This document shows positions 42,001-56,000 of a DNA stretch of 64,000 nucleotides, one piece after another. The stretch covers positions 233,678,001-233,742,000 of the forward strand of contig OZ024743.1 of assembly GCA_964016885.1 (NCBI GenBank), given 5' to 3'. The position numbers were made by a program, and so were the translations under genes. Position 1 is the first letter of the stretch; every line of letters begins with the position of its first letter. This DNA comes from Eledone cirrhosa. Its lineage: Eukaryota. Under the pieces are notes generated by a model. It saw nothing but the letters and a program-made list of their open reading frames with translations, was not told the DNA's origin and did no database searches.

Positions 42001-44038
42001 AAATTCACGCCACACATAGCCAATGAGTGTCTGCACATGTACCAGTAATTACAGATCGATCCGACCACGGGCGGTCGGTTTGCGATTGAAAAGGTAACTC
42101 CGCCGGCAAATCGTCATTTTTGGATTCGTTTTCTTCGAAGCACACCATTCGCCGGCTGACTTTGTTGACGTTTAACACGGTTTGGTTCCACAGCCACAAC
42201 TATTGATTTTAAGGAGATATCTTGCTGAAATTCACGCCACACATAGCCAATGAGTGTCTGCACAGGTACCAGTAATTACAGATCGATCCGACCACGGGCG
42301 GCCGGCTTGCGATTGAAAAGGTAACTCCGCCGGCAAATCGTCATTTTTGGATTCGTTTTCTTCGAAGCACACCATTCGCCGGCTGACTTTGTTGACGTTT
42401 AACACGGTTTGGTTCCACAGCCACAACTATTGATTTTAAGGAGATATCTTGCTGAAATTCACGCCACACATAGCCAATGAGTGTCTGCACAGGTACCAGT
42501 AATTACAGATCGATCCGACCACGGGCGGCCGGCCCGCGATTGAAAAGGTAACTCCGCCGGCAAATCGTCATTTTTGGATTCGTTTTCTTCGAAGCACACC
42601 ATTCGCCGGCGGACTTTGTTGACGTTTAACACGGTTTGGTTCCACAGCCACAACTATTGATTTTACGGAGATATCTTGCTGAAATTCACGCCACACATAG
42701 CCAATGAGTGTCTGCACATGTACCAGTAATTACAGATCGATCCGACCACGGGCGGCCGGCCCGCGATTGGAAAGGTAACTCCGCCGGCAAATCGTCATTT
42801 TTGGATTCGTTTTCTTCGAAGCACACCATTCGCCGGCGGACTTTGTTGACGTTTAACACGGTTTGGTTCCACAGCCACAACTATTGATTTTAAGGAGATA
42901 TCTTGCTGAAATTCACGCCACACATAGCCAATGAGTGTCTGCACAGGTACCAGTAATTACAGATCGATCCGACCACGGGCGGCCGGCCCGCGATTGAAAA
43001 GGTAACTCCGCCGGCAAATCGTCATTTTTGGATTCGTTTTCTTCGAAGCACACCATTCGCCGGCGGACTTTGTTGACGTTTAACACGGTTTGGTTCCACA
43101 GCCACAACTATTGATTTTACGGAGATATCTTGCTGAAATTCACGCCACACATAGCCAATGAGTGTCTGCACATGTACCAGTAATTACAGATCGATCCGAC
43201 CACGGGCGGCCGGCCCGCGATTGGAAAGGTAACTCCGCCGGCAAATCGTCATTTTTGGATTCGTTTTCTTCGAAGCACACCATTCGCCGGCGGACTTTGT
43301 TGACGTTTAACACGGTTTGGTTCCACAGCCACAACTATTGATTTTACGGAGATATCTTGCTGAAATTCACGCCACACATAGCCAATGAGTGTCTGCACAT
43401 GTATCAGTAATTACAGATCGATCCGACCACGGGCGGCCGGCCCGCGATTGAAAAGGTAACTCCGCCGGCAAATCGTCATTTTTGGATTCGTTTTCTTCGA
43501 AGCACACCATTCGCCGGCGGACTTTGTTGACGTTTAACACGGTTTGGTTCCACAGCCACAACTATTGATTTTACGGAGATATCTTGCTGAAATTCACGCC
43601 ACACATAGCCAATGAGTGTCTGCACATGTACAAGTAATTACAGATCGATCCGACCACGGGCGGCCGGCCCGCGATTGAAAAGGTAACTCCGCCGGCAAAT
43701 CGTCATTTTTGGATTCGTTTTCTTCGAAGCACACCATTCGCCGGCGGACTTTGTTGACGTTTAACACGGTTTGGTTCCACAGCCACAACTATTGATTTTA
43801 CGGAGATATCTTGCTGAAATTCACGCCACACATAGCCAATGAGTGTCTGCACATGTACCAGTAATTACAGATCGATCCGACCACGGGCGGCCGGCCCGCG
43901 ATTGAAAAGGTAACTCCGCCGGCAAATCGTCATTTTTGGATTCGTTTTCTTCGAAGCACACCATTCGCCGGCGGACTTTGTTGACGTTTAACACGGTTTG
44001 GTTCCACAGCCACAACTATTGATTTTACGGAGATATCT
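36094..44038. repeat. 18-monomer tandem duplication (4086 bp period), units 160-176 vs 178-194
   Basis: The CTT allele at positions 84-86 occurs only at 38220 and 42306, 4086 bp apart, and the flanking type order is identical. Confidence 0.9.
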
Positions 44039-47000
44039 TGCTGAAATTCACGCCACACATAGCCAATGAGTCTCTGCACATGTACCATTAATTACAGATC
44101 GATCCGACCACGGGCGGTCGGTTTGCGATTGAAAAGGTAACTCCGCCGGCAAATCGTCATTTTTGGATTCGTTTTCTTCGAAGCACACCATTCGCCGGCT
44201 GACTTTGTTGACGTTTAACACGGTTTGGTTCCACAGCCACAACTATTGATTTTAAGGAGATATCTTGCTGAAATTCACGCCACACATAGCCAATGAGTGT
44301 CTGCACAGGTACCAGTAATTACAGATCGATCCGACCACGGGCGGCCGGCCCGCGATTGAAAAGGTAACTCCGCCGGCAAATCGTCATTTTTGGATTCGTT
44401 TTCTTCGAAGCACACCATTCGCCGGCGGACTTTGTTGACGTTTAACACGGTTTGGTTCCACAGCCACAACTATTGATTTTACGGAGATATCTTGCTGAAA
44501 TTCACGCCACACATAGCCAATGAGTGTCTGCACATGTACCAGTAATTACAGATCGATCCGACCACGGGCGGCCGGCCCGCGATTGAAAAGGTAACTCCGC
44601 CGGCAAATCGTCATTTTTGGATTCGTTTTCTTCGAAGCACACCATTCGCCGGCTGACTTTGTTGACGTTTAACACGGTTTGGTTCCACAGCCACAACTAT
44701 TGATTTTAAGGAGATATCTTGCTGAAATTCACGCCACACATAGCCAATGAGTGTCTGCACAGGTACCAGTAATTACAGATCGATCCGACCACGGGCGGCC
44801 GGCCCGCGATTGAAAAGGTAACTCCGCCGGCAAATCGTCATTTTTGGATTCGTTTTCTTCGAAGCACACCATTCGCCGGCGGACTTTGTTGACGTTTAAC
44901 ACGGTTTGGTTCCACAGCCACAACTATTGATTTTACGGAGATATCTTGCTGAAATTCACGCCACACATAGCCAATGAGTGTCTGCACATGTACCAGTAAT
45001 TACAGATCGATCCGACCACGGGCGGTCGGTTTGCGATTGAAAAGGTAACTCCGCCGGCAAATCGTCATTTTTGGATTCGTTTTCTTCGAAGCACACCATT
45101 CGCCGGCGGACTTTGTTGACGTTTAACACGGTTTGGTTCCACAGCCACAACTATTGATTTTACGGAGATATCTTGCTGAAATTCACGCCACACATAGCCA
45201 ATGAGTGTCTGCACATGTACCAGTAATTACAGATCGATCCGACCACGGGCGGTCGGTTTGCGATTGAAAAGGTAACTCCGCCGGCAAATCGTCATTTTTG
45301 GATTCGTTTTCTTCGAAGCACACCATTCGCCGGCTGACTTTGTTGACGTTTAACACGGTTTGGTTCCACAGCCACAACTATTGATTTTACGGAGATATCT
45401 TGCTGAAATTCACGCCACACATAGCCAATGAGTGTCTGCACATGTACCAGTAATTACAGATCGATCCGACCACGGGCGGTCGGTTTGCGATTGAAAAGGT
45501 AACTCCGCCGGCAAATCGTCATTTTTGGATTCGTTTTCTTCGAAGCACACCATTCGCCGGCGGACTTTGTTGACGTTTAACACGGTTTGGTTCCACAGCC
45601 ACAACTATTGATTTTACGGAGATATCTTGCTGAAATTCACGCCACACATAGCCAATGAGTGTCTGCACATGTATCAGTAATTACAGATCGATCCGACCAC
45701 GGGCGGCCGGCCCGCGATTGAAAAGGTAACTCCGCCGGCAAATCGTCATTTTTGGATTCGTTTTCTTCGAAGCACACCATTCGCCGGCGGACTTTGTTGA
45801 CGTTTAACACGGTTTGGTTCCACAGCCACAACTATTGATTTTACGGAGATATCTTGCTGAAATTCACGCCACACATAGCCAATGAGTCTCTGCACATGTA
45901 CCATTAATTACAGATCGATCCGACCACGGGCGGTCGGTTTGCGATTGAAAAGGTAACTCCGCCGGCAAATCGTCATTTTTGGATTCGTTTTCTTCGAAGC
46001 ACACCATTCGCCGGCTGACTTTGTTGACGTTTAACACGGTTTGGTTCCACAGCCACAACTATTGATTTTAAGGAGATATCTTGCTGAAATTCACGCCACA
46101 CATAGCCAATGAGTGTCTGCACAGGTACCAGTAATTACAGATCGATCCGACCACGGGCGGCCGGCCCGCGATTGAAAAGGTAACTCCGCCGGCAAATCGT
46201 CATTTTTGGATTCGTTTTCTTCGAAGCACACCATTCGCCGGCGGACTTTGTTGACGTTTAACACGGTTTGGTTCCACAGCCACAACTATTGATTTTACGG
46301 AGATATCTTGCTGAAATTCACGCCACACATAGCCAATGAGTGTCTGCACATGTACCAGTAATTACAGATCGATCCGACCACGGGCGGCCGGCCCGCGATT
46401 GAAAAGGTAACTCCGCCGGCAAATCGTCATTTTTGGATTCGTTTTCTTCGAAGCACACCATTCGCCGGCTGACTTTGTTGACGTTTAACACGGTTTGGTT
46501 CCACAGCCACAACTATTGATTTTAAGGAGATATCTTGCTGAAATTCACGCCACACATAGCCAATGAGTGTCTGCACAGGTACCAGTAATTACAGATCGAT
46601 CCGACCACGGGCGGCCGGCCCGCGATTGAAAAGGTAACTCCGCCGGCAAATCGTCATTTTTGGATTCGTTTTCTTCGAAGCACACCATTCGCCGGCGGAC
46701 TTTGTTGACGTTTAACACGGTTTGGTTCCACAGCCACAACTATTGATTTTACGGAGATATCTTGCTGAAATTCACGCCACACATAGCCAATGAGTGTCTG
46801 CACATGTACCAGTAATTACAGATCGATCCGACCACGGGCGGTCGGTTTGCGATTGAAAAGGTAACTCCGCCGGCAAATCGTCATTTTTGGATTCGTTTTC
46901 TTCGAAGCACACCATTCGCCGGCGGACTTTGTTGACGTTTAACACGGTTTGGTTCCACAGCCACAACTATTGATTTTACGGAGATATCTTGCTGAAATTC

Positions 47001-50000
47001 ACGCCACACATAGCCAATGAGTGTCTGCACATGTACCAGTAATTACAGATCGATCCGACCACGGGCGGTCGGTTTGCGATTGAAAAGGTAACTCCGCCGG
47101 CAAATCGTCATTTTTGGATTCGTTTTCTTCGAAGCACACCATTCGCCGGCTGACTTTGTTGACGTTTAACACGGTTTGGTTCCACAGCCACAACTATTGA
47201 TTTTACGGAGATATCTTGCTGAAATTCACGCCACACATAGCCAATGAGTGTCTGCACATGTACCAGTAATTACAGATCGATCCGACCACGGGCGGTCGGT
47301 TTGCGATTGAAAAGGTAACTCCGCCGGCAAATCGTCATTTTTGGATTCGTTTTCTTCGAAGCACACCATTCGCCGGCGGACTTTGTTGACGTTTAACACG
47401 GTTTGGTTCCACAGCCACAACTATTGATTTTACGGAGATATCTTGCTGAAATTCACGCCACACATAGCCAATGAGTGTCTGCACATGTATCAGTAATTAC
47501 AGATCGATCCGACCACGGGCGGCCGGCCCGCGATTGAAAAGGTAACTCCGCCGGCAAATCGTCATTTTTGGATTCGTTTTCTTCGAAGCACACCATTCGC
47601 CGGCGGACTTTGTTGACGTTTAACACGGTTTGGTTCCACAGCCACAACTATTGATTTTACGGAGATATCTTGCTGAAATTCACGCCACACATAGCCAATG
47701 AGTGTCTGCACATGTACCAGTAATTACAGATCGATCCGACCACGGGCGGCCGGTTTGCGATTGAAAAGGTAACTCCGCCGGCAAATCGTCATTTTTGGAT
47801 TCGTTTTCTTCGAAGCACACCATTCGCCGGCGGACTTTGTTGACGTTTAACACGGTTTGGTTCCACAGCCACAACTATTGATTTTACGGAGATATCTTGC
47901 TGAAATTCACGCCACACATAGCCAATGAGTGTCTGCACATGTACCAGTAATTACAGATCGATCCGACCACGGGCGGCCGGTTTGCGATTGAAAAGGTAAC
48001 TCCGCCGGCAAATCGTCATTTTTGGATTCGTTTTCTTCGAAGCACACCATTCGCCGGCGGACTTTGTTGACGTTTAACACGGTTTGGTTCCACAGCCACA
48101 ACTATTGATTTTACGGAGATATCTTGCTGAAATTCACGCCACACATAGCCAATGAGTGTCTGCACATGTACCAGTAATTACAGATCGATCCGACCACGGG
48201 CGGTCGGTTTGCGATTGAAAAGGTAACTCCGCCGGCAAATCGTCATTTTTGGATTCGTTTTCTTCGAAGCACACCATTCGCCAGCTGACTTTGTTGACGT
48301 TTAACACGGTTTGGTTCCACAGCCACAACTATTGATTTTAAGGAGATATCTTGCTGAAATTCACGCCACACATAGCCAATGAGTGTCTGCACAGGTACCA
48401 GTAATTACAGATCGATCCGACCACGGGCGGCCGGTTTGCGATTGAAAAGGTAACTCCGCCGGCAAATCGTCATTTTTGGATTCGTTTTCTTCGAAGCACA
48501 CCATTCGCCGGCGGACTTTGTTGACGTTTAACACGGTTTGGTTCCACAGCCACAACTATTGATTTTACGGAGATATCTTGCTGAAATTCACGCCACACAT
48601 AGCCAATGAGTGTCTGCACATGTACCAGTAATTACAGATCGATCCGACCACGGGCGGTCGGTTTGCGATTGAAAAGGTAACTCCGCCGGCAAATCGTCAT
48701 TTTTGGATTCGTTTTCTTCGAAGCACACCATTCGCCAGCTGACTTTGTTGACGTTTAACACGGTTTGGTTCCACAGCCACAACTATTGATTTTAAGGAGA
48801 TATCTTGCTGAAATTCACGCCACACATAGCCAATGAGTGTCTGCACAGGTACCAGTAATTACAGATCGATCCGACCACGGGCGGCCGGTTTGCGATTGAA
48901 AAGGTAACTCCGCCGGCAAATCGTCATTTTTGGATTCGTTTTCTTCGAAGCACACCATTCGCCGGCTGACTTTGTTGACGTTTAACACGGTTTGGTTCCA
49001 CAGCCACAACTATTGATTTTAAGGAGATATCTTGCTGAAATTCACGCCACACATAGCCAATGAGTGTCTGCACAGGTACCAGTAATTACAGATCGATCCG
49101 ACCACGGGCGGCCGGCCCGCGATTGAAAAGGTAACTCCGCCGGCAAATCGTCATTTTTGGATTCGTTTTCTTCGAAGCACACCATTCGCCGGCGGACTTT
49201 GTTGACGTTTAACACGGTTTGGTTCCACAGCCACAACTATTGATTTTACGGAGATATCTTGCTGAAATTCACGCCACACATAGCCAATGAGTGTCTGCAC
49301 ATGTACCAGTAATTACAGATCGATCCGACCACGGGCGGCCGGCCCGCGATTGGAAAGGTAACTCCGCCGGCAAATCGTCATTTTTGGATTCGTTTTCTTC
49401 GAAGCACACCATTCGCCGGCGGACTTTGTTGACGTTTAACACGGTTTGGTTCCACAGCCACAACTATTGATTTTACGGAGATATCTTGCTGAAATTCACG
49501 CCACACATAGCCAATGAGTGTCTGCACATGTATCAGTAATTACAGATCGATCCGACCACGGGCGGCCGGCCCGCGATTGAAAAGGTAACTCCGCCGGCAA
49601 ATCGTCATTTTTGGATTCGTTTTCTTCGAAGCACACCATTCGCCGGCGGACTTTGTTGACGTTTAACACGGTTTGGTTCCACAGCCACAACTATTGATTT
49701 TACGGAGATATCTTGCTGAAATTCACGCCACACATAGCCAATGAGTGTCTGCACATGTACCAGTAATTACAGATCGATCCGACCACGGGCGGCCGGCCCG
49801 CGATTGAAAAGGTAACTCCGCCGGCAAATCGTCATTTTTGGATTCGTTTTCTTCGAAGCACACCATTCGCCGGCGGACTTTGTTGACGTTTAACACGGTT
49901 TGGTTCCACAGCCACAACTATTGATTTTACGGAGATATCTTGCTGAAATTCACGCCACACATAGCCAATGAGTGTCTGCACATGTACAAGTAATTACAGA

Positions 50001-53000
50001 TCGATCCGACCACGGGCGGCCGGCCCGCGATTGAAAAGGTAACTCCGCCGGCAAATCGTCATTTTTGGATTCGTTTTCTTCGAAGCACACCATTCGCCGG
50101 CGGACTTTGTTGACGTTTAACACGGTTTGGTTCCACAGCCACAACTATTGATTTTACGGAGATATCTTGCTGAAATTCACGCCACACATAGCCAATGAGT
50201 GTCTGCACATGTACCAGTAATTACAGATCGATCCGACCACGGGCGGTCGGTTTGCGATTGAAAAGGTAACTCCGCCGGCAAATCGTCATTTTTGGATTCG
50301 TTTTCTTCGAAGCACACCATTCGCCAGCTGACTTTGTTGACGTTTAACACGGTTTGGTTCCACAGCCACAACTATTGATTTTAAGGAGATATCTTGCTGA
50401 AATTCACGCCACACATAGCCAATGAGTGTCTGCACAGGTACCAGTAATTACAGATCGATCCGACCACGGGCGGCCGGTTTGCGATTGAAAAGGTAACTCC
50501 GCCGGCAAATCGTCATTTTTGGATTCGTTTTCTTCGAAGCACACCATTCGCCGGCTGACTTTGTTGACGTTTAACACGGTTTGGTTCCACAGCCACAACT
50601 ATTGATTTTAAGGAGATATCTTGCTGAAATTCACGCCACACATAGCCAATGAGTGTCTGCACAGGTACCAGTAATTACAGATCGATCCGACCACGGGCGG
50701 CCGGCCCGCGATTGAAAAGGTAACTCCGCCGGCAAATCGTCATTTTTGGATTCGTTTTCTTCGAAGCACACCATTCGCCGGCGGACTTTGTTGACGTTTA
50801 ACACGGTTTGGTTCCACAGCCACAACTATTGATTTTACGGAGATATCTTGCTGAAATTCACGCCACACATAGCCAATGAGTGTCTGCACATGTACCAGTA
50901 ATTACAGATCGATCCGACCACGGGCGGCCGGCCCGCGATTGGAAAGGTAACTCCGCCGGCAAATCGTCATTTTTGGATTCGTTTTCTTCGAAGCACACCA
51001 TTCGCCGGCGGACTTTGTTGACGTTTAACACGGTTTGGTTCCACAGCCACAACTATTGATTTTACGGAGATATCTTGCTGAAATTCACGCCACACATAGC
51101 CAATGAGTGTCTGCACATGTATCAGTAATTACAGATCGATCCGACCACGGGCGGCCGGCCTGCGATTGAAAAGGTAACTCCGCCGGCAAATCGTCATTTT
51201 TGGATTCGTTTTCTTCGAAGCACACCATTCGCCGGCGGACTTTGTTGACGTTTAACACGGTTTGGTTCCACAGCCAAAACTATTGATTTTACGGAGATAT
51301 CTTGCTGAAATTCACGCCACACATAGCCAATGAGTGTCTGCACATGTACAAGTAATTACAGATCGATCCGACCACGGGCGGCCGGCCCGCGATTGAAAAG
51401 GTAACTCCGCCGGCAAATCGTCATTTTTGGATTCGTTTTCTTCGAAGCACACCATTCGCCGGCGGACTTTGTTGACGTTTAACACGGTTTGGTTCCACAG
51501 CCACAACTATTGATTTTACGGAGATATCTTGCTGAAATTCACGCCACACATAGCCAATGAGTGTCTGCACATGTACCAGTAATTACAGATCGATCCGACC
51601 ACGGGCGGCCGGCCCGCGATTGAAAAGGTAACTCCGCCGGCAAATCGTCATTTTTGGATTCGTTTTCTTCGAAGCACACCATTCGCCGGCGGACTTTGTT
51701 GACGTTTAACACGGTTTGGTTCCACAGCCACAACTATTGATTTTACGGAGATATCTTGCTGAAATTCACGCCACACATAGCCAATGAGTGTCCGCACATG
51801 TACCAGTAATTACAGATCGATCCGACCACGGGCGGTCGGTTTGCGATTGAAAAGGTAACTCCGCCGGCAAATCGTCATTTTTGGATTCGTTTTCTTCGAA
51901 GCACACCATTCGCCGGCTGACTTTGTTGACGTTTAACACGGTTTGGTTCCACAGCCACAACTATTGATTTTACGGAGATATCTTGCTGAAATTCACGCCA
52001 CACATAGCCAATGAGTGTCTGCACATGTACCAGTAATTACAGATCGATCCGACCACGGGCGGTCGGTTTGCGATTGAAAAGGTAACTCCGCCGGCAAATC
52101 GTCATTTTTGGATTCGTTTTCTTCGAAGCACACCATTCGCCGGCGGACTTTGTTGACGTTTAACACGGTTTGGTTCCACAGCCACAACTATTGATTTTAC
52201 GGAGATATCTTGCTGAAATTCACGCCACACATAGCCAATGAGTGTCTGCACATGTACAAGTAATTACAGATCGATCCGACCACGGGCGGCCGGCCCGCGA
52301 TTGAAAAGGTAACTCCGCCGGCAAATCGTCATTTTTGGATTCGTTTTCTTCGAAGCACACCATTCGCCGGCGGACTTTGTTGACGTTTAACACGGTTTGG
52401 TTCCACAGCCACAACTATTGATTTTACGGAGATATCTTGCTGAAATTCACGCCACACATAGCCAATGAGTGTCTGCACATGTACCAGTAATTACAGATCG
52501 ATCCGACCACGGGCGGCCGGCCCGCGATTGAAAAGGTAACTCCGCCGGCAAATCGTCATTTTTGGATTCGTTTTCTTCGAAGCACACCATTCGCCGGCGG
52601 ACTTTGTTGACGTTTAACACGGTTTGGTTCCACAGCCACAACTATTGATTTTACGGAGATATCTTGCTGAAATTCACGCCACACATAGCCAATGAGTCTC
52701 TGCACATGTACCATTAATTACAGATCGATCCGACCACGGGCGGTCGGTTTGCGATTGAAAAGGTAACTCCGCCGGCAAATCGTCATTTTTGGATTCGTTT
52801 TCTTCGAAGCACACCATTCGCCGGCTGACTTTGTTGACGTTTAACACGGTTTGGTTCCACAGCCACAACTATTGATTTTAAGGAGATATCTTGCTGAAAT
52901 TCACGCCACACATAGCCAATGAGTGTCTGCACAGGTACCAGTAATTACAGATCGATCCGACCACGGGCGGCCGGCCCGCGATTGAAAAGGTAACTCCGCC

Positions 53001-56000
53001 GGCAAATCGTCATTTTTGGATTCGTTTTCTTCGAAGCACACCATTCGCCGGCGGACTTTGTTGACGTTTAACACGGTTTGGTTCCACAGCCACAACTATT
53101 GATTTTACGGAGATATCTTCCTGAAATTCACGCCACACATAGCCAATGAGTGTCTGCACATGTACCAGTAATTACAGATCGATCCGACCACGGGCGGCCG
53201 GCCCGCGATTGAAAAGGTAACTCCGCCGGCAAATCGTCATTTTTGGATTCGTTTTCTTCGAAGCACACCATTCGCCGGCGGACTTTGTTGACGTTTAACA
53301 CGGTTTGGTTCCACAGCCACAACTATTGATTTTACGGAGATATCTTGCTGAAATTCACGCCACACATAGCCAATGAGTGTCTGCACATGTACCAGTAATT
53401 ACAGATCGATCCGACCACGGGCGGTCGGTTTGCGATTGAAAAGGTAACTCCGCCGGCAAATCGTCATTTTTGGATTCGTTTTCTTCGAAGCACACCATTC
53501 GCCGGCTGACTTTGTTGACGTTTAACACGGTTTGGTTCCACAGCCACAACTATTGATTTTAAGGAGATATCTTGCTGAAATTCACGCCACACATAGCCAA
53601 TGAGTGTCTGCACAGGTACCAGTAATTACAGATCGATCCGACCACGGGCGGCCGGTTTGCGATTGAAAAGGTAACTCCGCCGGCAAATCGTCATTTTTGG
53701 ATTCGTTTTCTTCGAAGCACACCATTCGCCGGCTGACTTTGTTGACGTTTAACACGGTTTGGTTCCACAGCCACAACTATTGATTTTAAGGAGATATCTT
53801 GCTGAAATTCACGCCACACATAGCCAATGAGTGTCTGCACAGGTACCAGTAATTACAGATCGATCCGACCACGGGCGGCCGGCCCGCGATTGAAAAGGTA
53901 ACTCCGCCGGCAAATCGTCATTTTTGGATTCGTTTTCTTCGAAGCACACCATTCGCCGGCGGACTTTGTTGACGTTTAACACGGTTTGGTTCCACAGCCA
54001 CAACTATTGATTTTACGGAGATATCTTGCTGAAATTCACGCCACACATAGCCAATGAGTGTCTGCACATGTACCAGTAATTACAGATCGATCCGACCACG
54101 GGCGGCCGGCCCGCGATTGGAAAGGTAACTCCGCCGGCAAATCGTCATTTTTGGATTCGTTTTCTTCGAAGCACACCATTCGCCGGCGGACTTTGTTGAC
54201 GTTTAACACGGTTTGGTTCCACAGCCACAACTATTGATTTTACGGAGATATCTTGCTGAAATTCACGCCACACATAGCCAATGAGTGTCTGCACATGTAT
54301 CAGTAATTACAGATCGATCCGACCACGGGCGGCCGGCCCGCGATTGAAAAGGTAACTCCGCCGGCAAATCGTCATTTTTGGATTCGTTTTCTTCGAAGCA
54401 CACCATTCGCCGGCGGACTTTGTTGACGTTTAACACGGTTTGGTTCCACAGCCACAACTATTGATTTTACGGAGATATCTTGCTGAAATTCACGCCACAC
54501 ATAGCCAATGAGTGTCTGCACATGTACAAGTAATTACAGATCGATCCGACCACGGGCGGCCGGCCCGCGATTGAAAAGGTAACTCCGCCGGCAAATCGTC
54601 ATTTTTGGATTCGTTTTCTTCGAAGCACACCATTCGCCGGCGGACTTTGTTGACGTTTAACACGGTTTGGTTCCACAGCCACAACTATTGATTTTACGGA
54701 GATATCTTGCTGAAATTCACGCCACACATAGCCAATGAGTGTCTGCACATGTACCAGTAATTACAGATCGATCCGACCACGGGCGGCCGGCCCGCGATTG
54801 AAAAGGTAACTCCGCCGGCAAATCGTCATTTTTGGATTCGTTTTCTTCGAAGCACACCATTCGCCGGCGGACTTTGTTGACGTTTAACACGGTTTGGTTC
54901 CACAGCCACAACTATTGATTTTACGGAGATATCTTGCTGAAATTCACGCCACACATAGCCAATGATTGTCTGCACATGTACCAGTAATTACAGATCGATC
55001 CGACCACGGGCGGTCGGTTTGCGATTGAAAAGGTAACTCCGCCGGCAAATCGTCATTTTTGGATTCGTTTTCTTCGAAGCACACCATTCGCCGGCTGACT
55101 TTGTTGACGTTTAACACGGTTTGGTTCCACAGCCACAACTATTGATTTTAAGGAGATATCTTGCTGAAATTCACGCCACACATAGCCAATGAGTGTCTGC
55201 ACAGGTACCAGTAATTACAGATCGATCCGACCACGGGCGGCCGGTTTGCGATTGAAAAGGTAACTCCGCCGGCAAATCGTCATTTTTGGATTCGTTTTCT
55301 TCGAAGCACACCATTCGCCGGCTGACTTTGTTGACGTTTAACACGGTTTGGTTCCACAGCCACAACTATTGATTTTAAGGAGATATCTTGCTGAAATTCA
55401 CGCCACACATAGCCAATGAGTGTCTGCACAGGTACCAGTAATTACAGATCGATCCGACCACGGGCGGCCGGCCCGCGATTGAAAAGGTAACTCCGCCGGC
55501 AAATCGTCATTTTTGGATTCGTTTTCTTCGAAGCACACCATTCGCCGGCGGACTTTGTTGACGTTTAACACGGTTTGGTTCCACAGCCACAACTATTGAT
55601 TTTACGGAGATATCTTGCTGAAATTCACGCCACACATAGCCAATGAGTGTCTGCACATGTACCAGTAATTACAGATCGATCCGACCACGGGCGGCCGGCC
55701 CGCGATTGGAAAGGTAACTCCGCCGGCAAATCGTCATTTTTGGATTCGTTTTCTTCGAAGCACACCATTCGCCGGCGGACTTTGTTGACGTTTAACACGG
55801 TTTGGTTCCACAGCCACAACTATTGATTTTACGGAGATATCTTGCTGAAATTCACGCCACACATAGCCAATGAGTGTCTGCACATGTATCAGTAATTACA
55901 GATCGATCCGACCACGGGCGGCCGGCCCGCGATTGAAAAGGTAACTCCGCCGGCAAATCGTCATTTTTGGATTCGTTTTCTTCGAAGCACACCATTCGCC

